Shown piece by piece: positions 17,644 to 26,288 of a stretch of 32,000 nt of DNA. How positions within the stretch are numbered: the stretch's first letter is position 1; each line of letters opens with the position of its first letter. The stretch comes from Elusimicrobiaceae bacterium (GTDB lineage Bacteria; Elusimicrobiota; Elusimicrobia; Elusimicrobiales; Elusimicrobiaceae): the NCBI GenBank assembly GCA_045605725.1, contig JAZUQO010000015.1, positions 1 through 32,000 on the forward strand, given 5' to 3'. The translations under genes were made by a program, and so were the position numbers. Under the pieces are notes generated by a model. It had not been told where the DNA came from and ran no database searches. It saw only the letters and a list, made by a program, of their open reading frames with translations.

Positions 17644-20600
17644 ATGCAAGATATAAACGAAATAGAGGATATAAACGCTCAAGATAAAAAAATGGTTGCT
17701 CCAAAGGCCCCAAAGAAAATTAAAAACGCAACGGGTTTTACGGCTTTCTTTATTCACAGGCCTGTTTTTACCATAATGTTAAGCCTTGCTTTAATTGTTG
17801 TTGGTTTAATGTCTTACAGCAATATGGGGGTAAGTCTTTATCCGAGTATGGATATACCTGTTGCTATGGTGCAAACAATTTTACCCGGTGCCAGCCCTGA
17901 AGAAATTGAAACTTCCGTTACCAAATATGTAGAAGAAGCCGTCAACCAAATTGAAGGGGTTGACGAAGTTTCTTCTTATAGTATGGAGGGGGTTTCCTTA
18001 GTCGTTGTTAAATTTATTATGGAAAAGGATGCTTCTATCGGCGCGCAAGAAGTGCGCGATAAAGTGGACCAGGTTAAAAAAGATTTCCCGGATGGGACAC
18101 AGCCTCCTATAGTTTTAAAAATTGATATGGATTCTATTGCTGTATTAAATGTTGTTGTTTCTGGCGATAGGGATATTATTGAACTGACCGAAATTGCCAA
18201 GAAAAAAGTGAAAGAAGGTATAGAAAACGTTTCCGGCGTGGGTGCTGTTAATATCGTTGGTGGTAGAGAAAGAGAAGTCCACGTTGTGGTTAATCCTTTT
18301 AAACTTTACTCTCTTGGGCTTCCTATTACAAAACTTACAGGCGCTTTAAAAGAGCAAAACTTTGAAACACCTGGTGGTAAAGTGGAACAGCCGCACCAAT
18401 CTTACAGTTTGCGTATTTTGGGTCGTATACCTGATGTAAAAAGTTTTGAAGATATTTTTATTGCTACTAAAAACGGCGTGCCTGTAAAAGTTTCCGATGT
18501 AGCGCGCGTTGAAGATAGCGGCGAGTTTGAAGAAGAAAGCACAGTTTTAGACGGCAATCCTTCTGTTACCTTAGAAGTTAAAAAACAAAGCGGTTCAAAT
18601 ACTTTAGCCGTTATTCAAGGGGTAAAAGATAGGCTTGAAGAAATTCAAAAAACTTTGCCCAGTGATATTAGAATTACCTTAATGTCGGACCAAAGCGGTA
18701 CTATTAAAGCAAGTGTCCACACTGTTCTTGAACACTTGTTTTTAGGTGGTTTTTTGGCCGGTGTTATGGTTCTTGTATTTATGGGTTCGCTGCGTTCTAC
18801 TTTAATTGCCTTTTTGGCTATACCTATATCTGTTATTGGTGCTTTTATGTTTATGAATATGAAAGGTTTTACCATTAACAATATTACTTTGCTTGGTTTA
18901 ACTGTGGCTGTGGGTATTGTTATTGACGACGCTATCGTTATGCTTGAAAATATTTATAGGCACATGGAAAAATACGATAAAACACCAATGCAGGCAGCGC
19001 TTGACGGCTCAAAAGAAATTACCGCAACGGTTGTGGCAACAACCCTTTCAATCTTGGTTATTTTCTTACCGCTTGCTTATATGAGCGGTATGGTAGGCCG
19101 TGTCTTAAGCAGTTATGGCTGGACGGTTGTTTTTGCTATTGCTCTTTCTGGTATAGTTGCTTTGACTTTAACTCCAATGCTTTGTTCAAGAATGCTTAAA
19201 AAAGCACCGGAAAAATCCCGCTTTGACAAAATTATTGACAGCATTAACTTGCGTTTGGTTAATTGGTATATGCCGTTTTTAAAATGGTCTATAAACCATA
19301 AACTTATAATGAGTATTTTTGCTGTTTTATGTATAGTTTCAATACCTTTTATTGCCGGCAGACTTGGCGGTGAATTTTTTCCGCAGGAAGACAGCGGAAA
19401 AGTAAAAGTAACTGTTAAAGCACCTGTCGGTACAAGTTACACGGAAACAAAAGATATTTTAAGTGCTATTGAAGAAGATGTCCGCCGTTTGCCTTATGTA
19501 AAAAGTGTTTTAAAAATTACCGGTCGCGGTGGCAGCAATATGGCAACTTTCTCTGATTCCAAACCGACAAACGAAGGCTATTTGCAAGTAGAACTTGAAG
19601 ATAGGGAAAATCGCCAGACAATTAACACTAAAAAATATGTTGAAAAAATGCGTGATGTTTTAAGTAAATATGAAGGGCTTAAAACAAGTGTTTTAATTCA
19701 AAGCGACGGTCCCGGCGGAAGCAAAGATGTTCAGTTAAGAATTTCCGGTCCGGATATTAATAAACTTTCCGAATATGCAAATGCTTTAATTGCCAAAATG
19801 GAAAAAGACGGCCACTTTAGAGATATTGATTTAACTTTGGAACTTGCTAAACCGGAATATAGAGTTGTAATTAACAGGGCTAAAGCAAATAATCTTGGTG
19901 TTAAAGTTTCCGATATTGCAAGTGCTTTAAGAACTATGGTTGGCGGAAATGATGATATTACAAAATATAAAGAAGGCGACGAACTTTACGAAGTGCGCGT
20001 GCGTGTTGATGAACAATATAGAAACACTAAAGAAACAATTTCCGCTTTGCAAATACCTGCTTCTTTCGGCGGTAAAGATAGTGTCGTTCGTCTTGACAGC
20101 ATTGCTGTTATTGAAGAAGGCGTCGGTCCAAGCCAAATAAACCGTTTTAAAAGAGAAAGAGAAGTTTCCGTTGAAGCAAACTTAAACGGTCTTGATACTC
20201 GTTCTGCAACTACTTTAATGAAAAAAATGTTTAGCGAAATTAATGCTCTACCCGGATATCACGTGACGGAAAGCGGCATGGCGCAGGAAATGGGCAGAAT
20301 GTTTACCAGTTTCATTGTTGCCTTTATCTTGGCTTTCGTTTTCAAATATATGGTGCTTGCCGCCCAGTTTGAGAGTTATACCCACCCGGTTGCAATTATT
20401 ATCAGTTTGCCTTTAACTTTGCCCTTTGCTTTAATTGCACTTTGGCTAACTAAACAAAACCTTAATATCTTTAGTATGCTTGGTGTGTTTATGCTTGTGG
20501 GTGTTGTTAGTAAAAACGCTATCTTGCAGACTGATTATACTAATCAACTTCGTGCGCGCGGTTATGGCAGAACAAATGCTATTTTACAAGCCAACAAAGT

Positions 20601-20880
20601 CCGCTTACGCCCGATTTTGATGACGACTTTAACCTTGATTATGGGTGTTTTGCCAATGTTAATTTCCCACGGTGAAGGTGCTGACTCAAGGCGTTCACTT
20701 GCTATCGTTATCGTAGGTGGGCAGGCTTTATCCTTGCTTATTACACTTTTAATGACACCGGTAACTTATATTATTATGGACTCTATCGGCGCGTGGTGGA
20801 ATAACAAGATTTCCGGCACACCTATACCGGAAGATAAGGACGCAGAAGTTATATATAGCGAAGTCCCGCAGGAATATTAA
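17644..20880 (+). CDS. RND-family efflux permease (AcrB/HAE1-like)
   Basis: 1078 aa with FFIHRPVFTIMLSLALIVVG, VGIVIDDAIVMLENI and a duplicated 6-TM plus large-loop organisation. The start could be the internal Met at 17692. Confidence 0.95.
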   Translation: MQDINEIEDINAQDKKMVAPKAPKKIKNATGFTAFFIHRPVFTIMLSLALIVVGLMSYSNMGVSLYPSMDIPVAMVQTILPGASPEEIETSVTKYVEEAVNQIEGVDEVSSYSMEGVSLVVVKFIMEKDASIGAQEVRDKVDQVKKDFPDGTQPPIVLKIDMDSIAVLNVVVSGDRDIIELTEIAKKKVKEGIENVSGVGAVNIVGGREREVHVVVNPFKLYSLGLPITKLTGALKEQNFETPGGKVEQPHQSYSLRILGRIPDVKSFEDIFIATKNGVPVKVSDVARVEDSGEFEEESTVLDGNPSVTLEVKKQSGSNTLAVIQGVKDRLEEIQKTLPSDIRITLMSDQSGTIKASVHTVLEHLFLGGFLAGVMVLVFMGSLRSTLIAFLAIPISVIGAFMFMNMKGFTINNITLLGLTVAVGIVIDDAIVMLENIYRHMEKYDKTPMQAALDGSKEITATVVATTLSILVIFLPLAYMSGMVGRVLSSYGWTVVFAIALSGIVALTLTPMLCSRMLKKAPEKSRFDKIIDSINLRLVNWYMPFLKWSINHKLIMSIFAVLCIVSIPFIAGRLGGEFFPQEDSGKVKVTVKAPVGTSYTETKDILSAIEEDVRRLPYVKSVLKITGRGGSNMATFSDSKPTNEGYLQVELEDRENRQTINTKKYVEKMRDVLSKYEGLKTSVLIQSDGPGGSKDVQLRISGPDINKLSEYANALIAKMEKDGHFRDIDLTLELAKPEYRVVINRAKANNLGVKVSDIASALRTMVGGNDDITKYKEGDELYEVRVRVDEQYRNTKETISALQIPASFGGKDSVVRLDSIAVIEEGVGPSQINRFKREREVSVEANLNGLDTRSATTLMKKMFSEINALPGYHVTESGMAQEMGRMFTSFIVAFILAFVFKYMVLAAQFESYTHPVAIIISLPLTLPFALIALWLTKQNLNIFSMLGVFMLVGVVSKNAILQTDYTNQLRARGYGRTNAILQANKVRLRPILMTTLTLIMGVLPMLISHGEGADSRRSLAIVIVGGQALSLLITLLMTPVTYIIMDSIGAWWNNKISGTPIPEDKDAEVIYSEVPQEY

Positions 20881-20898
20881 TAAATAATTTGTTTACTC

Positions 20899-20929
20899 AA
20901 AACCCCTGAACTTTTTGTTTAGGGGTTTT
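20899..20929 (+). terminator. Rho-independent terminator of the efflux operon
   Basis: AAAACCCCT ... AGGGGTTTT hairpin 19 nt after the RND stop codon. Confidence 0.75.
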
Positions 20930-20937
20930 GCTTAAAA

Positions 20938-20946
20938 TGCTATAAT
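20938..20946 (+). promoter_or_regulatory. Extended -10 box TGCTATAAT (first copy of the repeated ATGCTATAATAT)
   Basis: Exact TGnTATAAT. The same 12-mer recurs at 20999..21010. Confidence 0.4.
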
Positions 20947-20999
20947 ATCTATATAAATAAAAAGAAAGCAAAAAAGGTGTTCATAAAACCCTTTTAATA

Positions 21000-21008
21000 T
21001 GCTATAAT
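21000..21008 (+). promoter_or_regulatory. Extended -10 box TGCTATAAT (second copy)
   Basis: Exact TGnTATAAT, 62 bp after the first copy. Confidence 0.35.
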
Positions 21009-21014
21009 ATATTT

Positions 21015-21038
21015 AACCCCATAATGTAGGGGTTTTTT
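21015..21038 (+). terminator. Terminator-like hairpin AACCCC-ATAATGTA-GGGGTT plus a T run
   Basis: GC stem followed by TTTTTT. It starts only about 7 nt after the second -10 box. Confidence 0.5.
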
Positions 21039-21070
21039 AATCGGTGTAAACCGGCGAGTTAAAATATTAG

Positions 21071-21102
21071 CGCAAAACTTAAATTTTGCGACGGTATTTT
21101 TT
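21071..21102 (+). terminator. Terminator-like hairpin CGCAAAA/TTTTGCG with a downstream T6
   Basis: 7-bp perfect stem with a 6-nt loop. The T run at 21097..21102 starts 6 nt after the stem. Confidence 0.35.
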
Positions 21103-21158
21103 CTTGTTAGTATAGTAATAATTTCCGCTTTAAAAGCGGTTTAAATAAGGTAAATAAA

Positions 21159-21323
21159 ATGGCAAATGAAAGATTAACTTTTGTTCTTTCTTGCACAGAA
21201 TGCAAAAATAAAAACTACTATTTTGCTAAAGGCAAAAAGAAAGATTATAAAGTAGAATTAAATAAATTCTGCAAGAAATGCGGCAAACAAACAATTCACA
21301 AAGAAAGCAAGGCCTCTAAATAA
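21159..21323 (+). CDS. rpmG: 50S ribosomal protein L33
   Basis: Not in the ORF track because it is under 60 aa. My translation is MANERLTFVLSCTECKNKNYYFAKGKKKDYKVELNKFCKKCGKQTIHKESKASK, a Zn-ribbon CxxC...CxxC form of L33 in the canonical position upstream of tRNA-Trp and secE-nusG. Confidence 0.85.
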   Translation: MANERLTFVLSCTECKNKNYYFAKGKKKDYKVELNKFCKKCGKQTIHKESKASK

Positions 21324-21348
21324 GAAGGCTGAAATTTTGAAGTAATAT

Positions 21349-21423
21349 GGGAGCGTCGGTTAACTGGCAAACCATTGGTCTCCAAAACCAAGACTGAAGG
21401 TTCGAGTCCTTCCGCTCCTGCCA
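21349..21423 (+). tRNA. tRNA-Trp (anticodon CCA), CCA end encoded
   Basis: Hand-folded: acceptor GGGAGCG/CGCTCCT, D arm GGTT/AACC, anticodon stem TTGGT/ACCAA with loop CTCCAAA, T arm GAAGG-TTCGAGT-CCTTC, then the discriminator G followed by CCA. Confidence 0.93.
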
Positions 21424-21446
21424 TTACTTTTAACAGGTAGGATATA

Positions 21447-21635
21447 ATGAATAAAATAGTAAACTTTTTTAAAGAATCTTACGGCGAACTCAAGAAAAGC
21501 GTTTGGCTTTCAAGACAACAGATGATTCAATCAACGATATTTGTTTTTATCGTTGTAGGTATCGTTGCCCTTTATATCAGTCTTATCGACTGGGGTTTGG
21601 CCAATATTCTTGGCAGAATCCTCGGAGGTAACTAA
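21447..21635 (+). CDS. secE: Preprotein translocase subunit SecE
   Basis: 62 aa with ELKKSVW followed by a single TM helix, in conserved synteny before nusG. Confidence 0.85.
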   Translation: MNKIVNFFKESYGELKKSVWLSRQQMIQSTIFVFIVVGIVALYISLIDWGLANILGRILGGN

Positions 21636-22210
21636 TGCCCGAAGAAACTTTGCAAAATAATAAACAAGAAACACCCGCCGGTGAAAAATTTTGGTATGTA
21701 GTGCATACCCAAACCGGTCACGAAGATAAAGTAAAAGGGAAAATTTTAACACAAATTAAAGTTCAAAATTTTGCTGATAAAGTCTTTAATGTTTTAGTTC
21801 CTACCGAAGATGTTGTTGAAGTAAAGCAAAACAAAAAAACTTTAAGAAAACGCAAATTTTTCCCCGGTTATATTTTGGTTGAAATGATTTTGACAAGCCA
21901 ATCTTATTGGTTTATCAGAAATATTATCGGCGTTACAGGTTTTTTGGGTGATCCCACACCTGTTCCCCTTCCGGAAGAAGAAATTGCCGGTATTGTGGAA
22001 CTTACCACTTCTAATGACGGTAAACCTAAACATGCCGTTGAATTTAGCCACGGTGAACAAGTTCGTATTACCGAAGGGCCTTTCAAACACTTTGTCGGTG
22101 TTATTGAAGAAGTCAACGAAACCAAAAACAAACTTAAAGTTATGGTTACCGTTTTTGATAGAGCCACCCCAGTTGAAGTGGACTATTTACAAGTGGAAAA
22201 AATTAACTAG
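21635..22210 (+). CDS. nusG: Transcription termination/antitermination factor NusG
   Basis: 191 aa with the NGN motif [15 protein letters not shown] and a C-terminal KOW ([21 protein letters not shown]). Its start overlaps the secE stop (TAATG). Confidence 0.95.
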   Translation: MPEETLQNNKQETPAGEKFWYVVHTQTGHEDKVKGKILTQIKVQNFADKVFNVLVPTEDVVEVKQNKKTLRKRKFFPGYILVEMILTSQSYWFIRNIIGVTGFLGDPTPVPLPEEEIAGIVELTTSNDGKPKHAVEFSHGEQVRITEGPFKHFVGVIEEVNETKNKLKVMVTVFDRATPVEVDYLQVEKIN

Positions 22211-22221
22211 ATTTTGTTGTA

Positions 22222-22242
22222 CTCCGTATTAAAAATACGGAG
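22222..22242 (+). promoter_or_regulatory. Perfect 9-bp stem-loop (CTCCGTATT-AAA-AATACGGAG) in the nusG-rplK spacer
   Basis: Seen directly, and not followed by a T run. This is where the L11-operon leader / L1 autoregulatory site lies in other bacteria. Confidence 0.35.
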
Positions 22243-22262
22243 ATTTAAGGAGTATAATTAAA

Positions 22263-22697
22263 ATGGCAAAAGAGAAAAAAATAAAAGGTTATATTAAACT
22301 GCAAATTCCTGCAGGTTCTGCAAATCCTGCGCCTCCAGTAGGTCCCGCTTTGGGCCAACACGGCGTAAACATTATGGAATTCTGCAAACAGTTTAATGCT
22401 AAAACCGCAAAATTAGAAAAAGGGATTAAGATTCCTGTAGTCATCACTGTTTATGAAGACAGATCTTTCTCCTTCATCACCAAGATGCCGCCTATGGCAG
22501 TCCTTATTGTAAAGAAACTCAACCTCAAAAAAGGTTCTGGTACACCGCATAAAGATAAAGTAGGCAAGTTAACACAAAAACAATGTGAAGAAATCGCCGC
22601 AGAAAAATTGCCCGATTTAAACACAAAAGACATTAAACAAGCAGCAGAAATGGTAAAAGGCACCGCAAGAAGTATGGGTGTCGATATTGTAAAATAA
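22263..22697 (+). CDS. rplK: 50S ribosomal protein L11
   Basis: [35 protein letters not shown]. Confidence 0.97.
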   Translation: MAKEKKIKGYIKLQIPAGSANPAPPVGPALGQHGVNIMEFCKQFNAKTAKLEKGIKIPVVITVYEDRSFSFITKMPPMAVLIVKKLNLKKGSGTPHKDKVGKLTQKQCEEIAAEKLPDLNTKDIKQAAEMVKGTARSMGVDIVK

Positions 22698-22750
22698 ATA
22701 GGAAGTTAGGGAGGGTTTTAAAAACCCGTAAACCTTAAGGAGTAAAAATA

Positions 22751-23440
22751 ATGATTGGAAAAAGACTTAAAGCAGCCAAAGAAACATTAGAAAAGGGTAA
22801 ATTATATACCCTTAAAGAGGCTGTGGCATTAAGCAAACAAAACGCTAAAGCCAAGTTTGATGAGACTATCGAACTTCACGTTCGCTTGGGTATTGATACC
22901 AAGAAGTCTGATCAACAAGTTCGCACCATGGTCGTTTTACCGCACGGTACCGGCAAAACCAAAAAAGTTGCCGTTTTAGCCAAAGGTGAACACGCTCAAG
23001 ATGCTCAAAAAGCAGGTGCCGATATCGTCGGCGGAGAAGATTTGGTAGAAGATATAGTAAAAGGAAAGATGGACTTTGATGTTTTAGTCGCTACCCCGGA
23101 TACTATGAAAGATTTGGCCAAAGTAGCCAAAATCTTGGGACCTCGCGGTCTTATGCCAAACCCGAAAGCAGGCACTGTGACCTTTGATATTGCTACCGCT
23201 GTTAAAGAATTAAAAGCCGGTAGAATCGAGTTCAAAGCAGATACTTATGGTATCGTTCACGTTCCGTTAGGCAAAGCCTCTTTTGACGAAGGCAAATTGT
23301 TTGAAAATGCAAAAGCAGTTTTGGAAACAATCAACAAAGTTAAACCCACCACCTCAAAAGGTGTTTATGTTAGAAGCGTAAGTGTTGCTTCTACAATGGG
23401 TCCTGGCTTACATGTTGATACTAACAAATTAAACGCGTAA
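22751..23440 (+). CDS. rplA: 50S ribosomal protein L1
   Basis: 229 aa with [23 protein letters not shown] and [16 protein letters not shown]. Confidence 0.97.
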   Translation: MIGKRLKAAKETLEKGKLYTLKEAVALSKQNAKAKFDETIELHVRLGIDTKKSDQQVRTMVVLPHGTGKTKKVAVLAKGEHAQDAQKAGADIVGGEDLVEDIVKGKMDFDVLVATPDTMKDLAKVAKILGPRGLMPNPKAGTVTFDIATAVKELKAGRIEFKADTYGIVHVPLGKASFDEGKLFENAKAVLETINKVKPTTSKGVYVRSVSVASTMGPGLHVDTNKLNA

Positions 23441-23455
23441 TCGCACTCTTTTGCC

Positions 23456-23496
23456 GCCCCGAATTTTTGGCTCGCCAAAAACTCGGGGCTTTTTTT
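23456..23496 (+). terminator. Strong rho-independent terminator after rplA
   Basis: 15-bp stem GCCCCGAATTTTTGG / CCAAAAACTCGGGGC (one mismatch), loop CTCG, then T7. Confidence 0.85.
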
Positions 23497-23508
23497 ATTA
23501 CTAGGAAT

Positions 23509-23919
23509 TTATAATCTATAATAATGCTTTTTTGTTGGATCTATTTGGACTCCACCTAATAATTGACATACTTTCTGAGTAAAAGTATCTCCACCTGATG
23601 AGGACATGCAAGTTAATGTGCCAGAGTTCTCTCTTATAGTACTTAATTCTCTTGCATTTTCTAAATAATAATTAATATGCAATTTATCTCGCAAATGTGC
23701 TTCTACGGAACCGGGTTTTCCGGTTTCTGGATACACATAAAAACCTATTTCCCAACCATCCCCTAAACTATGACAATCGCCGGGAATAATACGTTCTTCC
23801 CGCCAATAAACACAAGGTTCATTTCCACTAATTCCTCGCCCTTTTTCAAAGAAAAGGGGAGAGGTTAGGAGTGGGGTATATATTAAAGTTGTCATTCCCG
23901 GTGCTCGCCGCACAGGCAA
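23509..23919 (-). CDS. Orphan hypothetical ORF; family not recognised and the 5' end is doubtful
   Basis: 136 codons from TTG 23919, or 128 from ATG 23895. The first ~30 codons overlap a strong hairpin and a locally GC-rich segment. The remainder (NEPCVYWREERIIPGDCHSLGDGWEIGFYVYPETGKPGSV...) is non-repetitive but matches no family I can name. Confidence 0.35.
   Translation of the reverse strand: MPVRRAPGMTTLIYTPLLTSPLFFEKGRGISGNEPCVYWREERIIPGDCHSLGDGWEIGFYVYPETGKPGSVEAHLRDKLHINYYLENARELSTIRENSGTLTCMSSSGGDTFTQKVCQLLGGVQIDPTKKHYYRL
23834..23864. repeat. Imperfect palindrome / REP-like hairpin (CCTCGCCCTTTTT-CAAAG-AAAAGGGGAGAGG)
   Basis: 13-bp stem with one mismatch and one G-U. It lies inside the 5' part of the orphan ORF, and a GC-rich segment follows at 23891..23930. 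Confidence 0.45.
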
Positions 23920-24050
23920 GCGGGCATCTCGTCCTTTTTATATTTTTTGAACTATCAATATTTTTTTTGAAAATCAAGTTTTTTTATAAGACGATAAATT
24001 AGTGCTTATCCGTCGGAGGAAATAAAAAATAACTTAAAGACTAAAGCAAA

Positions 24051-24085
24051 TAAAAAAGCCCTGCTCCTTTTAAAAGAGCAGGGCT
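24051..24085 (-). terminator. Rho-independent terminator of the minus-strand rmuC/Omp85-like/SIMPL gene string
   Basis: AGCCCTGCTC / GAGCAGGGCT 10-bp stem followed by a T run on the minus strand, 22 nt past the SIMPL stop. Confidence 0.8.
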
Positions 24086-24106
24086 TTAAAATAAACAGTA
24101 AATAAA

Positions 24107-24859
24107 TTAATCTAAATAATATTCAATAGTGCTGACAACTCTAACTTTTTTATTTATCTGCTGAGATTCGCTTACACCGGGGGTTTCTTCCCTAGGTAAG
24201 ATAGAAAAAACGCCTTGTTGGGCTCTGTGTATTTTGCCAACTTTTGTGCCGGAACTTTTTGCAAATTCATTAGCGGCTGCTTTGGCGTTTTCTGTTGCGG
24301 TGCTTAGCATTTGCGGTTTAATATCATTTAATTTTGTAAACACATAAGCAATAGGCGAAGAATATTCCTGATTATCAAAAATGATACCTTTAGAAACAAG
24401 CTCGCTTAAAGTGCCGATAGATTTTTCCACCGTGTCAACTTTGGTGCTGCGCACTGTTATTGTTTGGTTTAAAATAAAGCGCGGGCCGTTTTGCTCGCTT
24501 CTGTAAGGGTTGGCGGTCAAATCATTAGTATTAAGGCGGCCGATATAAATTTCTTCGTCGTTAAAACCTTGTGTTTTTAAGTGATTTACAATAATATTTT
24601 GCTGCTCTTTTAATTTTTGTTGCAAATAAATAAGATCATTTCCGGTTAAGAGATATTTAAGATCCCAAACTGCTAAATCAGCTTTGACATCTTTTTCGGC
24701 CAGGCCTTTAACCGTGACAAAATTTGTATCCATTTTCGCGTGATAATAATAACACCCGATAGCAAAACCTGCACCTAAAATACCAAGTGCAAGTATCAAA
24801 AAAGCGATATATTTTTTTGTACAAAGACAGTTGCTTTTATTTTCTTTATTTTCTTCCAT
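24107..24859 (-). CDS. SIMPL-domain (DUF541) protein with an N-terminal membrane anchor
   Basis: 250 aa with the TM segment YIAFLILALGILGAGFAIGCYYY, followed by a VTVKGLAEKDVKADLAVWDL... pattern typical of SIMPL/26-kDa periplasmic antigen proteins. Confidence 0.7.
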   Translation of the reverse strand: MEENKENKSNCLCTKKYIAFLILALGILGAGFAIGCYYYHAKMDTNFVTVKGLAEKDVKADLAVWDLKYLLTGNDLIYLQQKLKEQQNIIVNHLKTQGFNDEEIYIGRLNTNDLTANPYRSEQNGPRFILNQTITVRSTKVDTVEKSIGTLSELVSKGIIFDNQEYSSPIAYVFTKLNDIKPQMLSTATENAKAAANEFAKSSGTKVGKIHRAQQGVFSILPREETPGVSESQQINKKVRVVSTIEYYLD

Positions 24860-24924
24860 AAATTCCTCCTAGTTATATATTTATATTTTAGCTATTTTTA
24901 GAGGTTAAAACAAGTTAAAAAATT

Positions 24925-26244
24925 TTATAAATGTCCACCGATTCTAATGCCAAAATGGTGGCTTGAATCATTTAAATTATGCGTGTAATTTAAACTGATC
25001 GGCATTGAAATATTCCAAAATTGGTAAGTTAATATTCCGCCTACACCGCTGTGCGGATTATAATTGTTTTCTAAAGTTCTTATATAAGCCTGCTCGTAAA
25101 AAGGCATAAGTGATAAAAACCCCACTTGGTTTTTTAAAATAAAATAATCAAAACTTATTCCGCAGGAAAAACCTGCTTTGCCGCGCTGTTCCCTATCATA
25201 AATACCAAGCCCGAAAAGCAAATCGGAAGATTCCACCTGATTACTGAAAGGTACTCTAAATGCTTTTATACCTTTGGCAAAAAGGGCAAGGCGGTGGCGG
25301 GTTTTAAATTCCAACAAATAAGTTCCGCTTAAGGAAAGTTTTTGTATTTTATAATCGCTACCAGTCCAAGTTCCGCCGTTGGTATAGGATAAATCAAGCA
25401 TCTTGCCTTGCCTAACATTTGTTAAATTTTTCAAAAAATATTCTTTTTTTCTGCGGTCAATTCTTGTTAAAGCATTCATATTTATACTGGCGTCAACATT
25501 ATCGGTATATCCTATAGAAAAAGAAATATTATTATGTTTTCCGCTGTCTAAAGTATAGCCTTGGTAAAAATAATATTCATATTGCGGAGTTATAGAAAAT
25601 TGCCATAAATTTGAAATTTTGTGCGTGTAAGAAAAACTAAAACTATCTTTTTTTGTTTTTACTTCGGCAAGTAAATTTTCATTATATTTATTTGTATCGT
25701 CGTCAGAAATATAAACGCCAGGCAAACTTGACCATCCGTCTTTATAAAAACGCTGGTTAAAATCTAATTTATTAAAATCCATATAAAAATTATTTTTGCC
25801 GATTTTTAAATTGCTGTGGGTATAAAAGTTTTTTTTGCTTGTACCTAGTGAAATTGAAAGTTCTTCCCCGTGTTTAAAAATATTTCCGCTTTCTAATGAA
25901 ATGCCAAAAGCGCGCTTTGTACTGCTGAATGCAAAAAGCATAGGCAATACGTAAGATTTATCATCTGCTTTTATATGAATATCAATTCCGTCTTTTTTCT
26001 TTTTATATAAAAAATCAAGCGTTTTAAATATTCTTAAATTTTCTAATTTTTCTTTTGCTTTTTGGTAAGATTCTTCGTTAAAAACATCACCCTCTTTTAA
26101 ATCAAATAGATTCTTTAAACTATCAGGGGACAGTTTTGTTGTTTGTGCGGTGATATTTTTTATTCTCAAATTTTCTTGATTTCCTGTTTGCGCGCAAAAA
26201 GCAAAAACAGGTAGTAAAATAAATAATAAAATAAGAACCCTCAT
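24925..26244 (-). CDS. Omp85-superfamily outer-membrane protein (single POTRA-like domain plus beta-barrel)
   Basis: Signal peptide MRVLILLFILLPVFAFCAQ and a POTRA-like segment (LRIKNITAQTTKLSPDSLKNLFDLKEGDVFNEESYQKAKEKLENLRIFKTLDF). The rest is rich in alternating aromatic/Gly strands. Confidence 0.6.
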   Translation of the reverse strand: MRVLILLFILLPVFAFCAQTGNQENLRIKNITAQTTKLSPDSLKNLFDLKEGDVFNEESYQKAKEKLENLRIFKTLDFLYKKKKDGIDIHIKADDKSYVLPMLFAFSSTKRAFGISLESGNIFKHGEELSISLGTSKKNFYTHSNLKIGKNNFYMDFNKLDFNQRFYKDGWSSLPGVYISDDDTNKYNENLLAEVKTKKDSFSFSYTHKISNLWQFSITPQYEYYFYQGYTLDSGKHNNISFSIGYTDNVDASINMNALTRIDRRKKEYFLKNLTNVRQGKMLDLSYTNGGTWTGSDYKIQKLSLSGTYLLEFKTRHRLALFAKGIKAFRVPFSNQVESSDLLFGLGIYDREQRGKAGFSCGISFDYFILKNQVGFLSLMPFYEQAYIRTLENNYNPHSGVGGILTYQFWNISMPISLNYTHNLNDSSHHFGIRIGGHL

Positions 26245-26288
26245 TATTTTATTATATATTTTATTTAGTTAAAAATAATATATATAGA

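Noticed and set aside
22698-22750. GGGAGGGTTTTAAAAACCC hairpin in the rplK-rplA spacer as an L1-binding autoregulatory mimic of the 23S L1 stalk
   Set aside because: The stem is short (6 bp, mostly A-U/G-C mixed), and I cannot verify from memory that it reproduces the L1 recognition motif. I note it only as a possibility and do not claim it.
25829-25836. T8 (A8 on the coding strand) homopolymer in the Omp85-like gene as a possible phase-variation tract
   Set aside because: It reads in-frame as AAA AAA AAC (Lys-Lys-Asn) in an intact 439-aa ORF. Runs of 7-8 A/T are common in this AT-rich, Lys-rich window. It is kept only as a caution for the dnaX A9 interpretation.
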